DNA of 64,000 nucleotides from Ignavibacteriota bacterium (GCA_963801355.1 CAWDEM010000008.1:1920001-1984000); one strand, 5' to 3'. Shown: positions 38,520 through 49,932, numbered from the stretch's first letter. The notes: generated by a model not told the origin, from the sequence alone. Numbers and translations: made by a program.

Positions 38520-41309
38520 TCATTTCAAGAACAGCATACTCCGAGAACTCACGAACCCATCCGTCGTGAGCCGGTAAATGTACACACCGCTGGCAAGTCC
38601 TGACGCATTAAACGAGACCGTGTAGTCACCCGCCGACTGCTTCTCGTTCACCAGCGTCCCCACTTCTCTACCCAACATGTCGTACACGACGAGCCTAACC
38701 AAACTGCCGCCCACTGCCGGTAGGCTATAACGTATCATCGTACTCGGATTGAACGGGTTCGGAAAATTCTGTTGGAGCGCGAAGCTGCCCGGCACGATGG
38801 TCTCGTCCCGGCTGCCGACTTTCGTCAAAAGCGTGTCGCGTATTGTAGAGTACACGAGTGCCGTGTACGCAGGAACGACCATCGTATCAATCGTCATTGA
38901 AGACACAGCCATCGCTGATCCGTCGGACACATTGTACCATGTTCCTGTACCGAGCCACGGCACCGCAGTGATCGTATGGGAAATCCCGCGGAAATTAGCC
39001 ACAACCATGACTTTTGCCGAGGACAGTGTGTCTTCAAACCCCCAGACAAGTACTTTTTGTGAGGAATACTGATACAACGGACGAAAAACGCCCCGAAACA
39101 ACGAGGGATTCATCACGCGCTGACGCGCGAGCGACCGGTACCACGAGAAATGCGCCTGCCCCTCAGGGGTTTGTTGCCGTGAGAATTGCACCGGTCGGTA
39201 AGTGAGTTTCAGACCGTCCGACGGCCAACCGCGTGGCTCCGCGAACTCCATGCCTTCCCAGAGCATTGGTATGCCAAGCGATGTGAACATCAATGCACCG
39301 TACAGCTTGTCGCGCTGAACCGCCTCGGCCGCTGACACACCCTGGAATTGTGTCATTTCATAGATAAGCGATTGCTCGTCGTGCGTGACGGTCGCATTCA
39401 CGGGTTCCGTCCGGTTTCCGTACGACGAGGGCTCTGATGGCGTGTCGTTCCCGGGGAATGCACCCAAGCCAAGAACAAGGGACTGCAGATCCGTCAGCAG
39501 CACGTTGCGGTATCTCGCCTCATCGAAAACGCGATCGCGGAAGCTGTCGTGCCATCCCGATGTCGCCCCACTGTAATAGATGAGAGCCGGGCTTTCCGGT
39601 AGATGCTCGAGGATCTGATAGATTCTGCCGCCATATTCCTGGTCGATGCGATTCACCCACCCAAGAATACCTTTTGTCGGCTGGCCGACATCCCATCCGA
39701 TCCCCTGTGTGTAGTCGTACCGGAAACCGTCAATATGGTATTCATCGATCCACATCTTGAGCGATGTGTACACCAACTCCTGCGTCTCAGAAGTCCAGTG
39801 GTCCATGTCGCGGAAAAATTGCAGCTGATCCTCATTCGGACGTACGTCGGAAATCGATTTGAAGTATGGATTCGCCACTTCATCAGGAAGCATCTGCCAC
39901 AGTGGCCCCGTATCATTCTGGTGATTGAATACTACGTCAAGAATGATCGCGATCCCGTGTGCATGGGCGGAATCCACAAGTGATTTGAATTCGGCGGGGG
40001 TGCCGTATGACGGCTCGAGCGCAGTATAGGAATTGAGGTCGTATCCCCACGAGTTGCCAGACCTGCCGACGGAGCCGGCGTCGTTCACCGGCATGAGTTC
40101 CAGCGCATTCACGCCGAGAGAATCGAAATGGCCCATGAGCTTCGACATGTGCATGAATCCCGCTTTGCCGGATGCGAGACCGAAGGCCCCACCCGCAAAC
40201 TCGCCGATATGCAGTTCGTAAATGACGATCCGATTGAGCGCAGGACGCGTGTACGCAGTGGAAGCCCAACTATAGTCATCCGCAGCCAGACCGGAGGGAC
40301 CGGTTGAGAATTGTGTACCATAGTCGCCGACCCGGCGTCCCCAGGGATCGGTGATCAACTTGCCGTTCTCAAGCTCGTACAAATACTCATAGGTCGAGTC
40401 GCCTGCAAGCTTGACATTCAACCACCAGTCATCGGACCCCGGCGATCGGCGCATCAACCGTGGTGAAGCGAGCGCAGGGGGTTGACCCGCAGGTGCAATC
40501 CTCACCCATACCGCGTCCTTGAGAGGAACGCGAAGCCGGAAGGTTACCGAATCGTTTGATGCGGTTGACGGGAGAGTGACACCATGCTTCGCATATGCCG
40601 GCAATGGAACCTGGGGAACAACGATTCCTCCCCGGGCATAGACCAGCGAGTCGCCCTTGTTCGTTCGAGCCACGAGCCGGATGTACGATGCACGGGGAAT
40701 GGGAGCCGGCAGCACCAGATCGAAGATCCTTGTGCTCTCATTGAACGCTGAAAGAACATCGCTGACCGCCAGAGGGGTGAGTTGCGTTTCTCCCGTGCTG
40801 AGCGTGATCGAGGTGATGGTGTCGCTGTTGGCATGAACCAGTCCGGCAGTCAGCCGGGTGATCTGCGCAGTCGATTCCGCAGCGAGCACTTCAAACCAGA
40901 AGAGGCGTGTCAGCCTGAGGACCGAATTGCTGTTATCGTTCGGATTCGTTTCAGAGTTCAGCGGGTCGGAGTACCAACCGTTGAACGTCCCTCCACGATT
41001 GAATTTGTACTGATAGACCGAATCGCCGAGAGTGCGCGTCGCACTGCCGGGCTCATGGATCTTGAAGGTGTAGGTCTTCACCCATGCCCCGAGAGCTGGG
41101 TCATAACTCATCTCCGACGGAGCTCCTGTTGCGATAACACCTCCCAAATTCGGGCCCCATCCGTTGAATTGGCCGGGCACAAACACACTCGGCGAGGAGG
41201 GCTGGTGCGCACGGAAAGACATACGGACGCTGTCGGAAGACGATTGTGCGAAAGCATGTACCTGGAGTCCCAAGAGCCCAGCTATCAACATCCGTTGCAT
41301 AAGAATCAT
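38520..41309 (-). CDS. T9SS-exported GH13 alpha-amylase-family enzyme with CBM48-like domains
   Basis: Signal peptide; PGQFNGW, IYELH, SWGYD, LDVVFNH, DGFRYD, LEH, THDE; CTD QNFPNPFNP...LASGVYIYRL...MLFLK. Confidence 0.9.
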   Translation of the reverse strand: MILMQRMLIAGLLGLQVHAFAQSSSDSVRMSFRAHQPSSPSVFVPGQFNGWGPNLGGVIATGAPSEMSYDPALGAWVKTYTFKIHEPGSATRTLGDSVYQYKFNRGGTFNGWYSDPLNSETNPNDNSNSVLRLTRLFWFEVLAAESTAQITRLTAGLVHANSDTITSITLSTGETQLTPLAVSDVLSAFNESTRIFDLVLPAPIPRASYIRLVARTNKGDSLVYARGGIVVPQVPLPAYAKHGVTLPSTASNDSVTFRLRVPLKDAVWVRIAPAGQPPALASPRLMRRSPGSDDWWLNVKLAGDSTYEYLYELENGKLITDPWGRRVGDYGTQFSTGPSGLAADDYSWASTAYTRPALNRIVIYELHIGEFAGGAFGLASGKAGFMHMSKLMGHFDSLGVNALELMPVNDAGSVGRSGNSWGYDLNSYTALEPSYGTPAEFKSLVDSAHAHGIAIILDVVFNHQNDTGPLWQMLPDEVANPYFKSISDVRPNEDQLQFFRDMDHWTSETQELVYTSLKMWIDEYHIDGFRYDYTQGIGWDVGQPTKGILGWVNRIDQEYGGRIYQILEHLPESPALIYYSGATSGWHDSFRDRVFDEARYRNVLLTDLQSLVLGLGAFPGNDTPSEPSSYGNRTEPVNATVTHDEQSLIYEMTQFQGVSAAEAVQRDKLYGALMFTSLGIPMLWEGMEFAEPRGWPSDGLKLTYRPVQFSRQQTPEGQAHFSWYRSLARQRVMNPSLFRGVFRPLYQYSSQKVLVWGFEDTLSSAKVMVVANFRGISHTITAVPWLGTGTWYNVSDGSAMAVSSMTIDTMVVPAYTALVYSTIRDTLLTKVGSRDETIVPGSFALQQNFPNPFNPSTMIRYSLPAVGGSLVRLVVYDMLGREVGTLVNEKQSAGDYTVSFNASGLASGVYIYRLTTDGFVSSRSMLFLK

Positions 41310-41456
41310 CGCGTGTCTCCTCGTTCCGCTGCTCTTCTGCTATCGCTGTGCGTCCATAGGTTATTCAATGTAATGTAGCAAACTTCTCTCATAGAAGCCT
41401 GCATGGTTTTTTCCACAATTCCACCTATATTCCATCATGCTCATGCGAGTCGAAAC

Positions 41457-43511
41457 GTGACCAAAGCTCCCCGGCCGAAGACCCGGAATATTCGGAAGAA
41501 TGGCCCTTCAGCAACGGAAAGAAGGCCAAGCGCTGCTCTTCCTCTCTCAAGAAGGAAGAGAGTCGTCTTGTGGGTTCTGACCCTGGCATTCCCCTTTCTA
41601 CTCCTTGGTAGTGTCGAGCTGATCCTCCGATTAGTCAACTACGGTCCCGATATTTCACTGTTCACGACTGAAGTCATTGGCGGCCGCGCGTACTACATCA
41701 TGAACCCCGACGTGAAAGCACGGTACTTCACTCAAGTCGAGTTCACTCCGACCACGTCTGCTGACTACTTTCCGGTGCGGAAGCAGAAGGGTTCGTTTCG
41801 CATATTCTGCCTGGGCGGCTCCACAACAGTAGGCTTCCCGTATGGCTATGCCGGATCGTTCCCGCTGCATCTGCGCGAGCGGCTCCGCAGAATGTTCCCC
41901 GACAAAAACATCGAGGTCATCAATCTGGGAATGACCGCCACCAACAGCTTCACCGCGCTGGACCTCGCAACCGAGCTGCCTGCATATGACCCGGACCTCA
42001 TCATTGTGTATGATGGACACAACGAGTTCTACGGGGCTCTCGGCGTTGCCTCCAGAGAATCCGTCGGTCAATCGCTCTGGCTCACCCGCATCTACCTCCG
42101 TGCCATTCACAGCAAACTGTTCCTCGCACTTCGCGATGCCTACACACGCATCCGGGGGATACCGTCGTCGCAACCCGCAGAAGGTGCCGGGACAATGATG
42201 GAACGGCTGGCGCGCGGCCAGGAAATCGAACGCGGAAGCGCAACCTATGCGCGGGCGCTCGAAATCTTCCGTGCTAATACGGAGGATCTTGTGTCGGTGG
42301 CCCAGCGTCATCATATCCCGATCCTTTTTGGCACACAGGTGTCTAACCTCCGCGACCTTCCGCCGTTCGTCTCACGGCATCGTCCGGACTTGTCTGCGAA
42401 TCAGCTGCAGACATTCGACATTGCAATCGATCGCGGACTCGCGGAGCGTCGAAGCGGCAGACACGAGGCAGCCCTCTCCGCCTTTCAGGAAGCGCTGCTC
42501 ATCGATTCGACATACGCCCGCATCTGCTATGAAATCGCCCGCTCCTTGGATACACTGGGGAGAGTCGACGAGGCTTTCGTTCATTACATCCGCGCGCGCG
42601 ACCTTGATTGTCTCCGTTTCAGGGCCAGCAGCGACTTCAACGAAGTGATCCGCAATGCAGCGCGCACACCGGGAGTGTTTGTTGCGGAGATCGAGCGAAG
42701 TTTCCTGAAGGCGTCTCCGCAGGGAATTGTCGGGTCAAATCTGATCCTCGAACATGTGCATCCCAATTTGCGGGGATACTTCCTTCTGGCGCGCACTTAT
42801 TGTAGCGCAATGCGCGATGGAGGAATTCTCGCATTGCCAGATGCATGGGCACGCCGCGATAGTCTGTCAGAGGCCTCACTCTGGAACGATATGCGTCTCA
42901 CGGAGCTCGACAACCGCGCCGCCGCCCGGAGAATCGCGATGCTGACATCGGGGTGGCCATTCAGGAATTCCACCGCACCTCTCCCTGTTCCTCCCGCAAA
43001 GGATGAAATTGCCCACATCGTGGACCGTCTGACCGGGGCCCGCACTTCGTGGGAGGAGGCACATGTCGCAGCCGCCGAATTCTACAGGCGCACCAGTGAC
43101 ATACCCAACCTCGAACATGAGTACCGTACATTGATCCGTGTCCTTCCTGTGAATGTGTCGGCTTACCTCCTTCTCGGCGATCTCTACATTCGAACAGGCA
43201 AGGCTGCTCCCGCCGCTGAGATCCTAAGGAGATCGCTGACAATTGAGCGCACGCACTATGCACTCAATTCCCTCGGCGCACTGGCTCTCGACGGAGGCCG
43301 GTCGGACACCGCGATCGTGTACCTCCGCGAGGCTCTCCAGTATGCTCAACATACGAAAGCACGCCAGCAAACGGAGTATCTGATCGCAAAGGCGTACCTG
43401 CATTCCGGAGATACGAGTGCCGCACGCCAGAGCCTCCAACGTATGCTGGAACAGGGCCCGAGTTTCGAACCGGCCACACTCTTAATGAAACGTCTGGAGG
43501 GTTCGCGTTGA
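41457..43511 (+). CDS. Membrane-anchored SGNH/GDSL-fold protein with TPR repeats (paralogue 2)
   Basis: LGGSTTVG, INLG, YDGHNE, ARDLD.LRFRA, EHVHP. Start probably GTG 41457 (TATATT at 41426-41431); ORF track starts at 41403. Confidence 0.85.
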   Translation: MTKAPRPKTRNIRKNGPSATERRPSAALPLSRRKRVVLWVLTLAFPFLLLGSVELILRLVNYGPDISLFTTEVIGGRAYYIMNPDVKARYFTQVEFTPTTSADYFPVRKQKGSFRIFCLGGSTTVGFPYGYAGSFPLHLRERLRRMFPDKNIEVINLGMTATNSFTALDLATELPAYDPDLIIVYDGHNEFYGALGVASRESVGQSLWLTRIYLRAIHSKLFLALRDAYTRIRGIPSSQPAEGAGTMMERLARGQEIERGSATYARALEIFRANTEDLVSVAQRHHIPILFGTQVSNLRDLPPFVSRHRPDLSANQLQTFDIAIDRGLAERRSGRHEAALSAFQEALLIDSTYARICYEIARSLDTLGRVDEAFVHYIRARDLDCLRFRASSDFNEVIRNAARTPGVFVAEIERSFLKASPQGIVGSNLILEHVHPNLRGYFLLARTYCSAMRDGGILALPDAWARRDSLSEASLWNDMRLTELDNRAAARRIAMLTSGWPFRNSTAPLPVPPAKDEIAHIVDRLTGARTSWEEAHVAAAEFYRRTSDIPNLEHEYRTLIRVLPVNVSAYLLLGDLYIRTGKAAPAAEILRRSLTIERTHYALNSLGALALDGGRSDTAIVYLREALQYAQHTKARQQTEYLIAKAYLHSGDTSAARQSLQRMLEQGPSFEPATLLMKRLEGSR

Positions 43512-45596
43512 CTCCGCGTCCACACAAGCGGGTTGACGGAAGGCCGCGAGGAGAGCAGACTGCCACACACCCATCTCCCGCCCTCCGCAGGGTTTTCTGG
43601 ATCGTTACTCTTGCTCTCCCCATCATTGTCCTCGTGCTGTGCGAAGCGGGGCTCCGCATCGCTGACTACGGTGGAAATCTCGATCTGGTGGTCAGAAAGA
43701 ACACCCATGGCAGGGAATTCAACTGCATCAATCGGAGTGTCGCCCAGAGGTACTTTCCTCCTTCCGGATCCAGTATCCCTGAACCCAGAGACCAGATATT
43801 CCAACTTCGGAAGGGTCCGCGGACACGGCGTATCTTCTGCCTGGGGGAATCCACGATGGCGGGCTTTCCGTACGACTTCCATGCTACCGCGCCATCGTTT
43901 CTGTCCGACCGCCTGCAGAACCTCTTCCCCGAAGACACAATAGAGGTCATCAACGTGGGGCTCTCCGCCGTGGGGAGCCATGTGGTCCTCGATTTTGCGC
44001 TCGAGTTGCTCGACTACGAACCTGATCTTTTCATCGTGTATTTGGGTCACAATGAATTCTACGGTGTTTATGGCGTCGGGTCTTCGCTCTCGGTCGGCGG
44101 TGGATCATGGATGACCCGCCTCACGCTCCGCCTGGTCCGCTTCAGGACGTTTCTGCTCGCCCGCAACTTCTACGCTTCCCTCACTGCACGTTCATCTCCA
44201 CCCACGGGTGAGGATGCAACGCTCATGGAAAACGTAGTCGGAGAGGGGTCAATCCCCTATGGCTCCAGGGCCTACAACGATGCCCGCGAGATTTACCGCG
44301 AGAATCTGGAGCGCATCATTGACGCTTCCAGGTCGCGCAACGTCCCGATCATGTTTACTGCTCTCGTCAGCAACCTCCGCACCCACGCGCCGTTCCAGCC
44401 GGTGTTCGCCGACGGCACGCCCATAGAGGCACGGGCTCAACACACTGCACTCATGAAATTGGCAGACAGCCTCCTGGCGAACGGAGATGCCATGGGCGCG
44501 TTTGCACAGAGCAGCCGCGCGGTCCTTCTCGACTCGAGCCATGCCGGCGGCTGGTTCGCCCGGGCCACAGCGGCCTACGCGCTCGGGAAGTACGATACCG
44601 CTGAGCGTGCATTCCGGCAGGCGAAAGGATCTTGATGCACTCCGGTTCCGCGCAACAGAAGAATTCCAGGATGTACTGTTCTCAGTCTGCGCCAAGCAGG
44701 GTGTCCCTGTGATCCATGCAGACTCCGCATTCGCCGCGGCCTCGCCTCACCGGATTGTTGGCTCCGAGCTGATGACGGATCACCTCCACCCGAACATCCG
44801 TGGCTACTTCCTGATGGGGAAGGTGATGACCGAGGCGATCCGTGACGCCGGGCTGCTTGCCCCTCCCGATCGCTGGAGGAACGACCGCGCATTGACCGAC
44901 GACGAGTACTTCGCGCGTTCAACCGTATCAGATTTCGACAGTCTTTGCGGGGCGATCAGGATAGAACTCCTCATGAAGCACTGGCCATTCCCATCACGCG
45001 GCGCTGTGGCCGGCTACAGGCCGGCGACACCCGAGGCCACAATTGCGTACGCCTATGTCCGCAACGCGCGGGCATGGCAGCTCGCGAGGTACGACATGGC
45101 ATCGCACTACGAGCTCCAACGCAGGTTTGACCTTGCCCGCCGCGAATGCCTCGCGGTGGCAAAGGCTGCACCGTACTCCTATGAACCCTTGCTCCGTGTG
45201 GCAGATTACTTCAGGATGGAAGGAAATGCCGCGGACGCTGAACGGTACTATCGCTTGTCATTTCAGACCGAGAACAATCCCTTCGCCCGGATGAAGCTTG
45301 CAGTCATGCTTCTTGAAGCTGAGCGGTCGCAGGAGGCCGTGGAACAGCTCGTCACAACACTTGACCTGGAGCGGCAGGCAGGCGCCCGGTTGGATGCGCA
45401 GGCAACGGCGACGGCCAGATACCTCCTTGCGGTCGCACTCGCCAAAACCGGGAAATTCGACACCGCGCGCGAGAACCTCGATGTGGCCCTGCAGCTTGAC
45501 CCCCGCAACACAAGCGCGCGCGACCTCCTAAAGCAGATCGATATACATGATAAGCGGTTGCAAACGCGAAAGGGCGCGGCAGAAGAGCAGCACTAA
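43508..45596 (+). CDS. Membrane-anchored SGNH/GDSL-fold protein with TPR repeats (paralogue 3), apparent +1 frameshift near 44625
   Basis: LGESTMAG, YLGHNE in 43508..44635; DHLHP and TPRs in 44487..45596. GCGAAAGGAT minus one base restores AKDLDALRFRA as in the paralogues. Confidence 0.83.
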
Positions 45597-45647
45597 GGAC
45601 CAATCGACCGGACCACCCGCATCTCCACCGCCGATTGGCGCTGACCT

Positions 45648-45690
45648 AACAGCAGAGGGGCACGGCGTCATCGCCGTGCCCCTCTCTGTT
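45648..45690. terminator. Strong hairpin between convergent genes (likely bidirectional terminator)
   Basis: AGAGGGGCACGGCG-TCAT-CGCCGTGCCCCTCT, a 14-bp perfect stem flanked by AACAG/CTGTT. Confidence 0.75.
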
Positions 45691-45710
45691 GAATCTACCA
45701 TCACCGCAGT

Positions 45711-48672
45711 TTACTTCAACAGCAGCATCTTCTTCACTTCAACAAACTTGCCCGCCTCAAGCCGGTAGAAGTACACGCCGGTCGACAGCTTCTGTGCATC
45801 GAACAGCGCAACATAGTTGCCCCGCCCCTGCACTTCATTGTTGACCAGTGTAGCCACTTCCTGTCCGATGAGGTTGAACACTCTCAATGTCACGCTCGCT
45901 TCCGCCGGAATGGAGTAGCGGATGCGCGTGGCAGGGTTGAAGGGGTTCGGGTAGTTTTGCAGTAACGCGAACTCGTTCGGGAGACCCATTCCGGGTTCAG
46001 GCGCCACATCCGTCGAGAATGGTGCCAGCTCGCCCGTCAACGGAGCATCCCGCTTCCACTGATCCACCGGAGCAGCGTACGAAGCCGGCCATGCATTCGG
46101 ACCCGTTGGCTGGATGAACCGTGTGATATACGGGTTCTGGGTGCCGAGACCGCCGCCCTGATCCACGGCGTTGCCACCGGCGTGAATGTAGCGGTATGTG
46201 TACTGCATGTTGTAGTGTGTCTTCCCCTTCACGGTGAAGATCGCCTGGTAGATCGAGTCACCGCCACCCGGGGCGAGAGTCATCGTAATATCCGGGAACT
46301 GACCACTCGCACCGCCGCGTGCAGCGCGCTGGGCACTCCGCCAGAGAATATTCTGCCAGATCAATCGCACGGTGTCCGCAGCAGGAACAAAGGCATCAAT
46401 ATACCGTTTCGCGGGACCCATGTTAACTTTCAGCGTCACGACGCAGCTGTCCGTCGTGTTCAGGAACAAGCCCCGCGAATCGATGTCGGAGAACCAGCGG
46501 CGCGGAACCACGGTGTTGCCGCCGCCAGTAACAAAGAACTGAATGTTGCCATCTCCACGCTCCGCAGGGTGATCGTAGCAGAAGCCGTCACGTGTCGCAC
46601 CGGTTCCCGAGTTGACATACCCGGGGAAACGAGCCGTGGCACCGACCGAATCAAGCGCCATGAAATACTTGTACGACAGTTGGTCACCGATTGCGCCGTT
46701 GTACACCAATGCCGCTTCATAGTTGCCCGGCTGTCCGATTACAGGCAACAGCTTCGTCCCGACCCAGCCGTTGAACCCGCCACGCACCTCGATGGAATCC
46801 TTCAGATCCGGACGGAACCACCCCAGCGTCTGGTATGCACTCATATTAATCTGCCAGAGGAAGTTCACCGTCACGGGGGCATTGAAGAGCGAGTCGTTAT
46901 CGAAGTACACGAGCGGGGTCGAGCCGCCGCCAACCGGCACATTGTACTTGCGGTTGTCCACACCCTCCCAGTCGCCGCTCCGAGTGGTTTTGAGGTACTT
47001 GTACTCGATCGCCTGACCTTCGTTCAGGGTGATCGTCTTCGTATAGATGCTGTCATTGTTGGCATCTTTCAATGTGTCGGTCGAGCTTCCCCAGTTGTTG
47101 AAGCTGCCCGCGACACGAACGATGTCACCGCTCCCGGGCAGGAAGGTCTGCTCAAGCATCTTGATCTTCATGTTCACCTGGAACGTCACACCTGCAGGCA
47201 CAGGAGGCGTGTAGATCGAGTCATTGTCAAAGTATACTGCAGGAATCGTCTGCGCACCCGCCACAACGGTATACGTGCGGTTCGAAACGGACTCCCAATC
47301 GAGTCCCGCGCGGAGGGTCTTGAAGAATTTGTACTCGATGCGCACCCGCTGGCATATAGATGGCCTTGGTGTAGACGCTGTCGCCGTCCAGATCGGTCAA
47401 GAAGTCCGAGCCGCCCCAGCCGTTGAAGCTCCCTTTCACTTGAAGAACATCACCGCTGCCGGGCAAGAAGCCGCCCTCGCGCATCTTGATGTTCATCTTC
47501 GCTTGCAACGTCACGCTGCTGACCTTGAATTTCAGCGCTCTGTAGTACCCCACGACGTACGCGCTGTGGGGATTCATGAATTGCGCATTGGTCAGATCGG
47601 CGCCGATGGATGTCGTGTCAGGGGCGATCAGGGCCCATGTCGCGCCACCATCAACCGACCAGTCAGCCTTCGGATAGTTGCCTTGGTACCCCATGGCCAG
47701 CAGATTGTTCGTGCCTTTTACCGGCATGACGGACTTCAGAGTGATGCCAGATTCCACGAGAATCGTGTCGCTCCAGGTGGCACCGCCATCTGTGGTCTTG
47801 TGGGCGTAGCAGAATAGTGTAGAAGATGTCCGGCGAGGGACTATCCAGCCGACGTTCTCATCCAGCATATTGATCGACTTGATGTAGTATGCATTCGTAA
47901 GCCCGCCGGTCAGTGTGACAGGGGTTGAGGTCCATGTATCGCCGAAATTCGTTGAACGTACGATGCGCGGCGCAGTCCCGGAGCCTTCGTACGTCGTAAT
48001 CCAAATATTCCTGCCGATGATGTCCATCGGCTGCCGGTACGTTGCATACGAGGCATACTTGTTGGCGGTCGCATCTTCGGCGGGAAGGTTCGAGAAGCGG
48101 GTCCAGGTTGCCCCGGCATCCAGACTCTTGAGGACGAGGAGGCCCAGAGCATCAGCATCACCAATAGCGATGATGCTATCCCCACCTGTAAACACTACTC
48201 CATTGATATATAGCGTCCCATCGCCAAAGTGGTACACGCTGTCCCAGCTCGTTCCACCGTTCGTCGTGCGGTACATGTAGCCATCGAACGTGCCGAGAAC
48301 GGCAACGTTCGCGTCACGAGCTCCAAGCGTGAATCCTTTCTTGTTTGTGAATCCCAACGTATCGTAGCTCCAGCTCGCGCCCGTATCCGTAGACTTAAAG
48401 AGAATATCCTCTTTGGTCGAGTTGATGTAACCGGTAATCCAGATCGTGCCGTCATTGAATGCCTTCACTTGGTTCAGGACTAACCCTGCGGCCTTCAATG
48501 ACAGCGTATCCCAGTATGCTGGGTTTGCGCTGATACCCTCGACCCTTGAGGGCGTAATACCCCTCGTGTCAATACCGTCCAAGGTGTTTTTCCTCTCCAC
48601 CTTGTCACCGGCTGCAAACGCGATGCCAGCAATAAGAGTCACTGACAGGAGTGCCAGTAGAATCTTGCGCAT
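45711..48672 (-). CDS. T9SS-exported protein: Asp-box beta-propeller plus tandem CBM20/48-like modules, apparent +1 frameshift near 47341
   Basis: Signal peptide, six S/T-x-D/N-x-G-x-T/S-W boxes, three G.FN.W...YK repeats, CTD QNYPNPFNP...STGVYFYRL...MLLLK. The frameshift falls inside repeat 1. Confidence 0.82.
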
Positions 48673-48782
48673 GATTTGCTCCTCACATAGTGTTGGTTGT
48701 TGGAAAGTGAACTGATGAGACAGGGTGCTACTGCACCATTACGATACAACGAAATAGATGTGACTATTCGCAGAAGTGCTAC

Positions 48783-48811
48783 AACATAGGCAATTTAGGC
48801 CACACAATCAA
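48783..48811 (-). promoter_or_regulatory. Putative sigma70 promoter for the propeller/CBM gene
   Basis: Minus strand TTGATT-17 nt-TATGTT; SD GAGGAG before ATG 48672. Confidence 0.5.
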
Positions 48812-48896
48812 GATATGCCCGGATCGCCGACACATCTGCAAAGTATCCTCCTTGTGTTGGTGTAGGTATAGTCCATTGCGGCATGACCCTCGCGGA

Positions 48897-49922
48897 TCAG
48901 TACATCAAAGCAACCGAAAACTTGTGCACATCACTCAGCAACCCGAACTTCTCGTACGCGTAGTCGAGTCGGAACACCAGGTTGTCGGTCAAACCATACC
49001 GTACGCCGCCCCCAACGGTGAACTGTTCTTCGCTGTCGCGGGCACCGAGAGCTCTATATCCTGCACGGATCGAGAGAATGCGCTGCAACACCGAGTACTC
49101 GAACCCGACATTGATGTTTTCCGCATTGTCGTTGGGGTGTGAGGCATCTACCGCCAGAATCAGCGACTGATCTTCGTCTGCGATGGGCTGATACGCCACA
49201 CCGATGCGAAGCGCGAGGGGAAGATCGAAGCTCTCCGTGCTCAGGTTCGCATTCACGTTTGCATTGTTGCCGTTGTTGGGAGAGATGTCCTTCTGCACAA
49301 GCAGATCGTCTCCGCTCATCCTGAGCTTCGTTCCGAAATTCGATATACCGGCGCCGAAGGTGACCCCTTCAAAGGGCGTCTTGAACAACGTACCGACATC
49401 CACTGCGAACGCCGTGGCATTCGAGTTCCAGATGTGTTCGTTGACGTATCGGACCGTGCCGCCGATGGCAAACCAATCCGTCAGGTTTTTCGCATAAGAG
49501 AGACCGAGAGCGAAGCTGCCCGCCGAGAACGTCTGACCCGTTCCCTCAGGTTGGTCCTCAGTGGTACGTTCCATCTCCGCCATCGAGAGCGAGGTGACAC
49601 TTAAGCCGAGGGTGCCGAATTCTCCGACCGGGAGCATCACACCGCCCCAATTGAAGTTGATGTCAGCCAGCCACGCCGCATGGTTGACGAGCACCTCCGC
49701 CTGCGTTGCACGAGCCAGCCCGGCGGGATTCCAGAACATCGCCGTGGCATCGTCTGCAATGCCGACAAAGGCGCCCCCCATTCCAAGAGCGCGTGCACCC
49801 ACCGGGATGCTGAGGAATTTGGCCGTCGTTGTGCCGACTTTGGTCACCTTCTGCGCTGATGCAGGCACCACGAGCAAGCCTATCACCAGCGCGAGAGCGA
49901 GACTTCTGAGATTCCTGTCCAC
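48897..49922 (-). CDS. PorV/PorQ-like (UPF0164, FadL-related) outer-membrane beta-barrel
   Basis: FL.IPVGARALGMGGAF....DDA.A.FWNPAGL, alternating beta strands, C-terminal aromatic residue; GTG 49922 with SD AGGAGG. Confidence 0.85.
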   Translation of the reverse strand: MDRNLRSLALALVIGLLVVPASAQKVTKVGTTTAKFLSIPVGARALGMGGAFVGIADDATAMFWNPAGLARATQAEVLVNHAAWLADINFNWGGVMLPVGEFGTLGLSVTSLSMAEMERTTEDQPEGTGQTFSAGSFALGLSYAKNLTDWFAIGGTVRYVNEHIWNSNATAFAVDVGTLFKTPFEGVTFGAGISNFGTKLRMSGDDLLVQKDISPNNGNNANVNANLSTESFDLPLALRIGVAYQPIADEDQSLILAVDASHPNDNAENINVGFEYSVLQRILSIRAGYRALGARDSEEQFTVGGGVRYGLTDNLVFRLDYAYEKFGLLSDVHKFSVALMY

Positions 49923-49932
49923 GTCGTCCTCC

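Noticed and set aside
44615-44640. Programmed frameshift or true pseudogene in SGNH-3 (and at the other three breaks)
   Set aside because: No slippery heptamer, long homopolymer or further decay. The same +1 pattern in four unrelated genes favours sequencing error, though this cannot be settled without reads.
48673-48896. Possible ncRNA or riboswitch in the 224-nt intergenic gap
   Set aside because: Only a 5-bp hairpin (GGTGC-TACT-GCACC) and a promoter-like element are visible, with no recognisable riboswitch motif.
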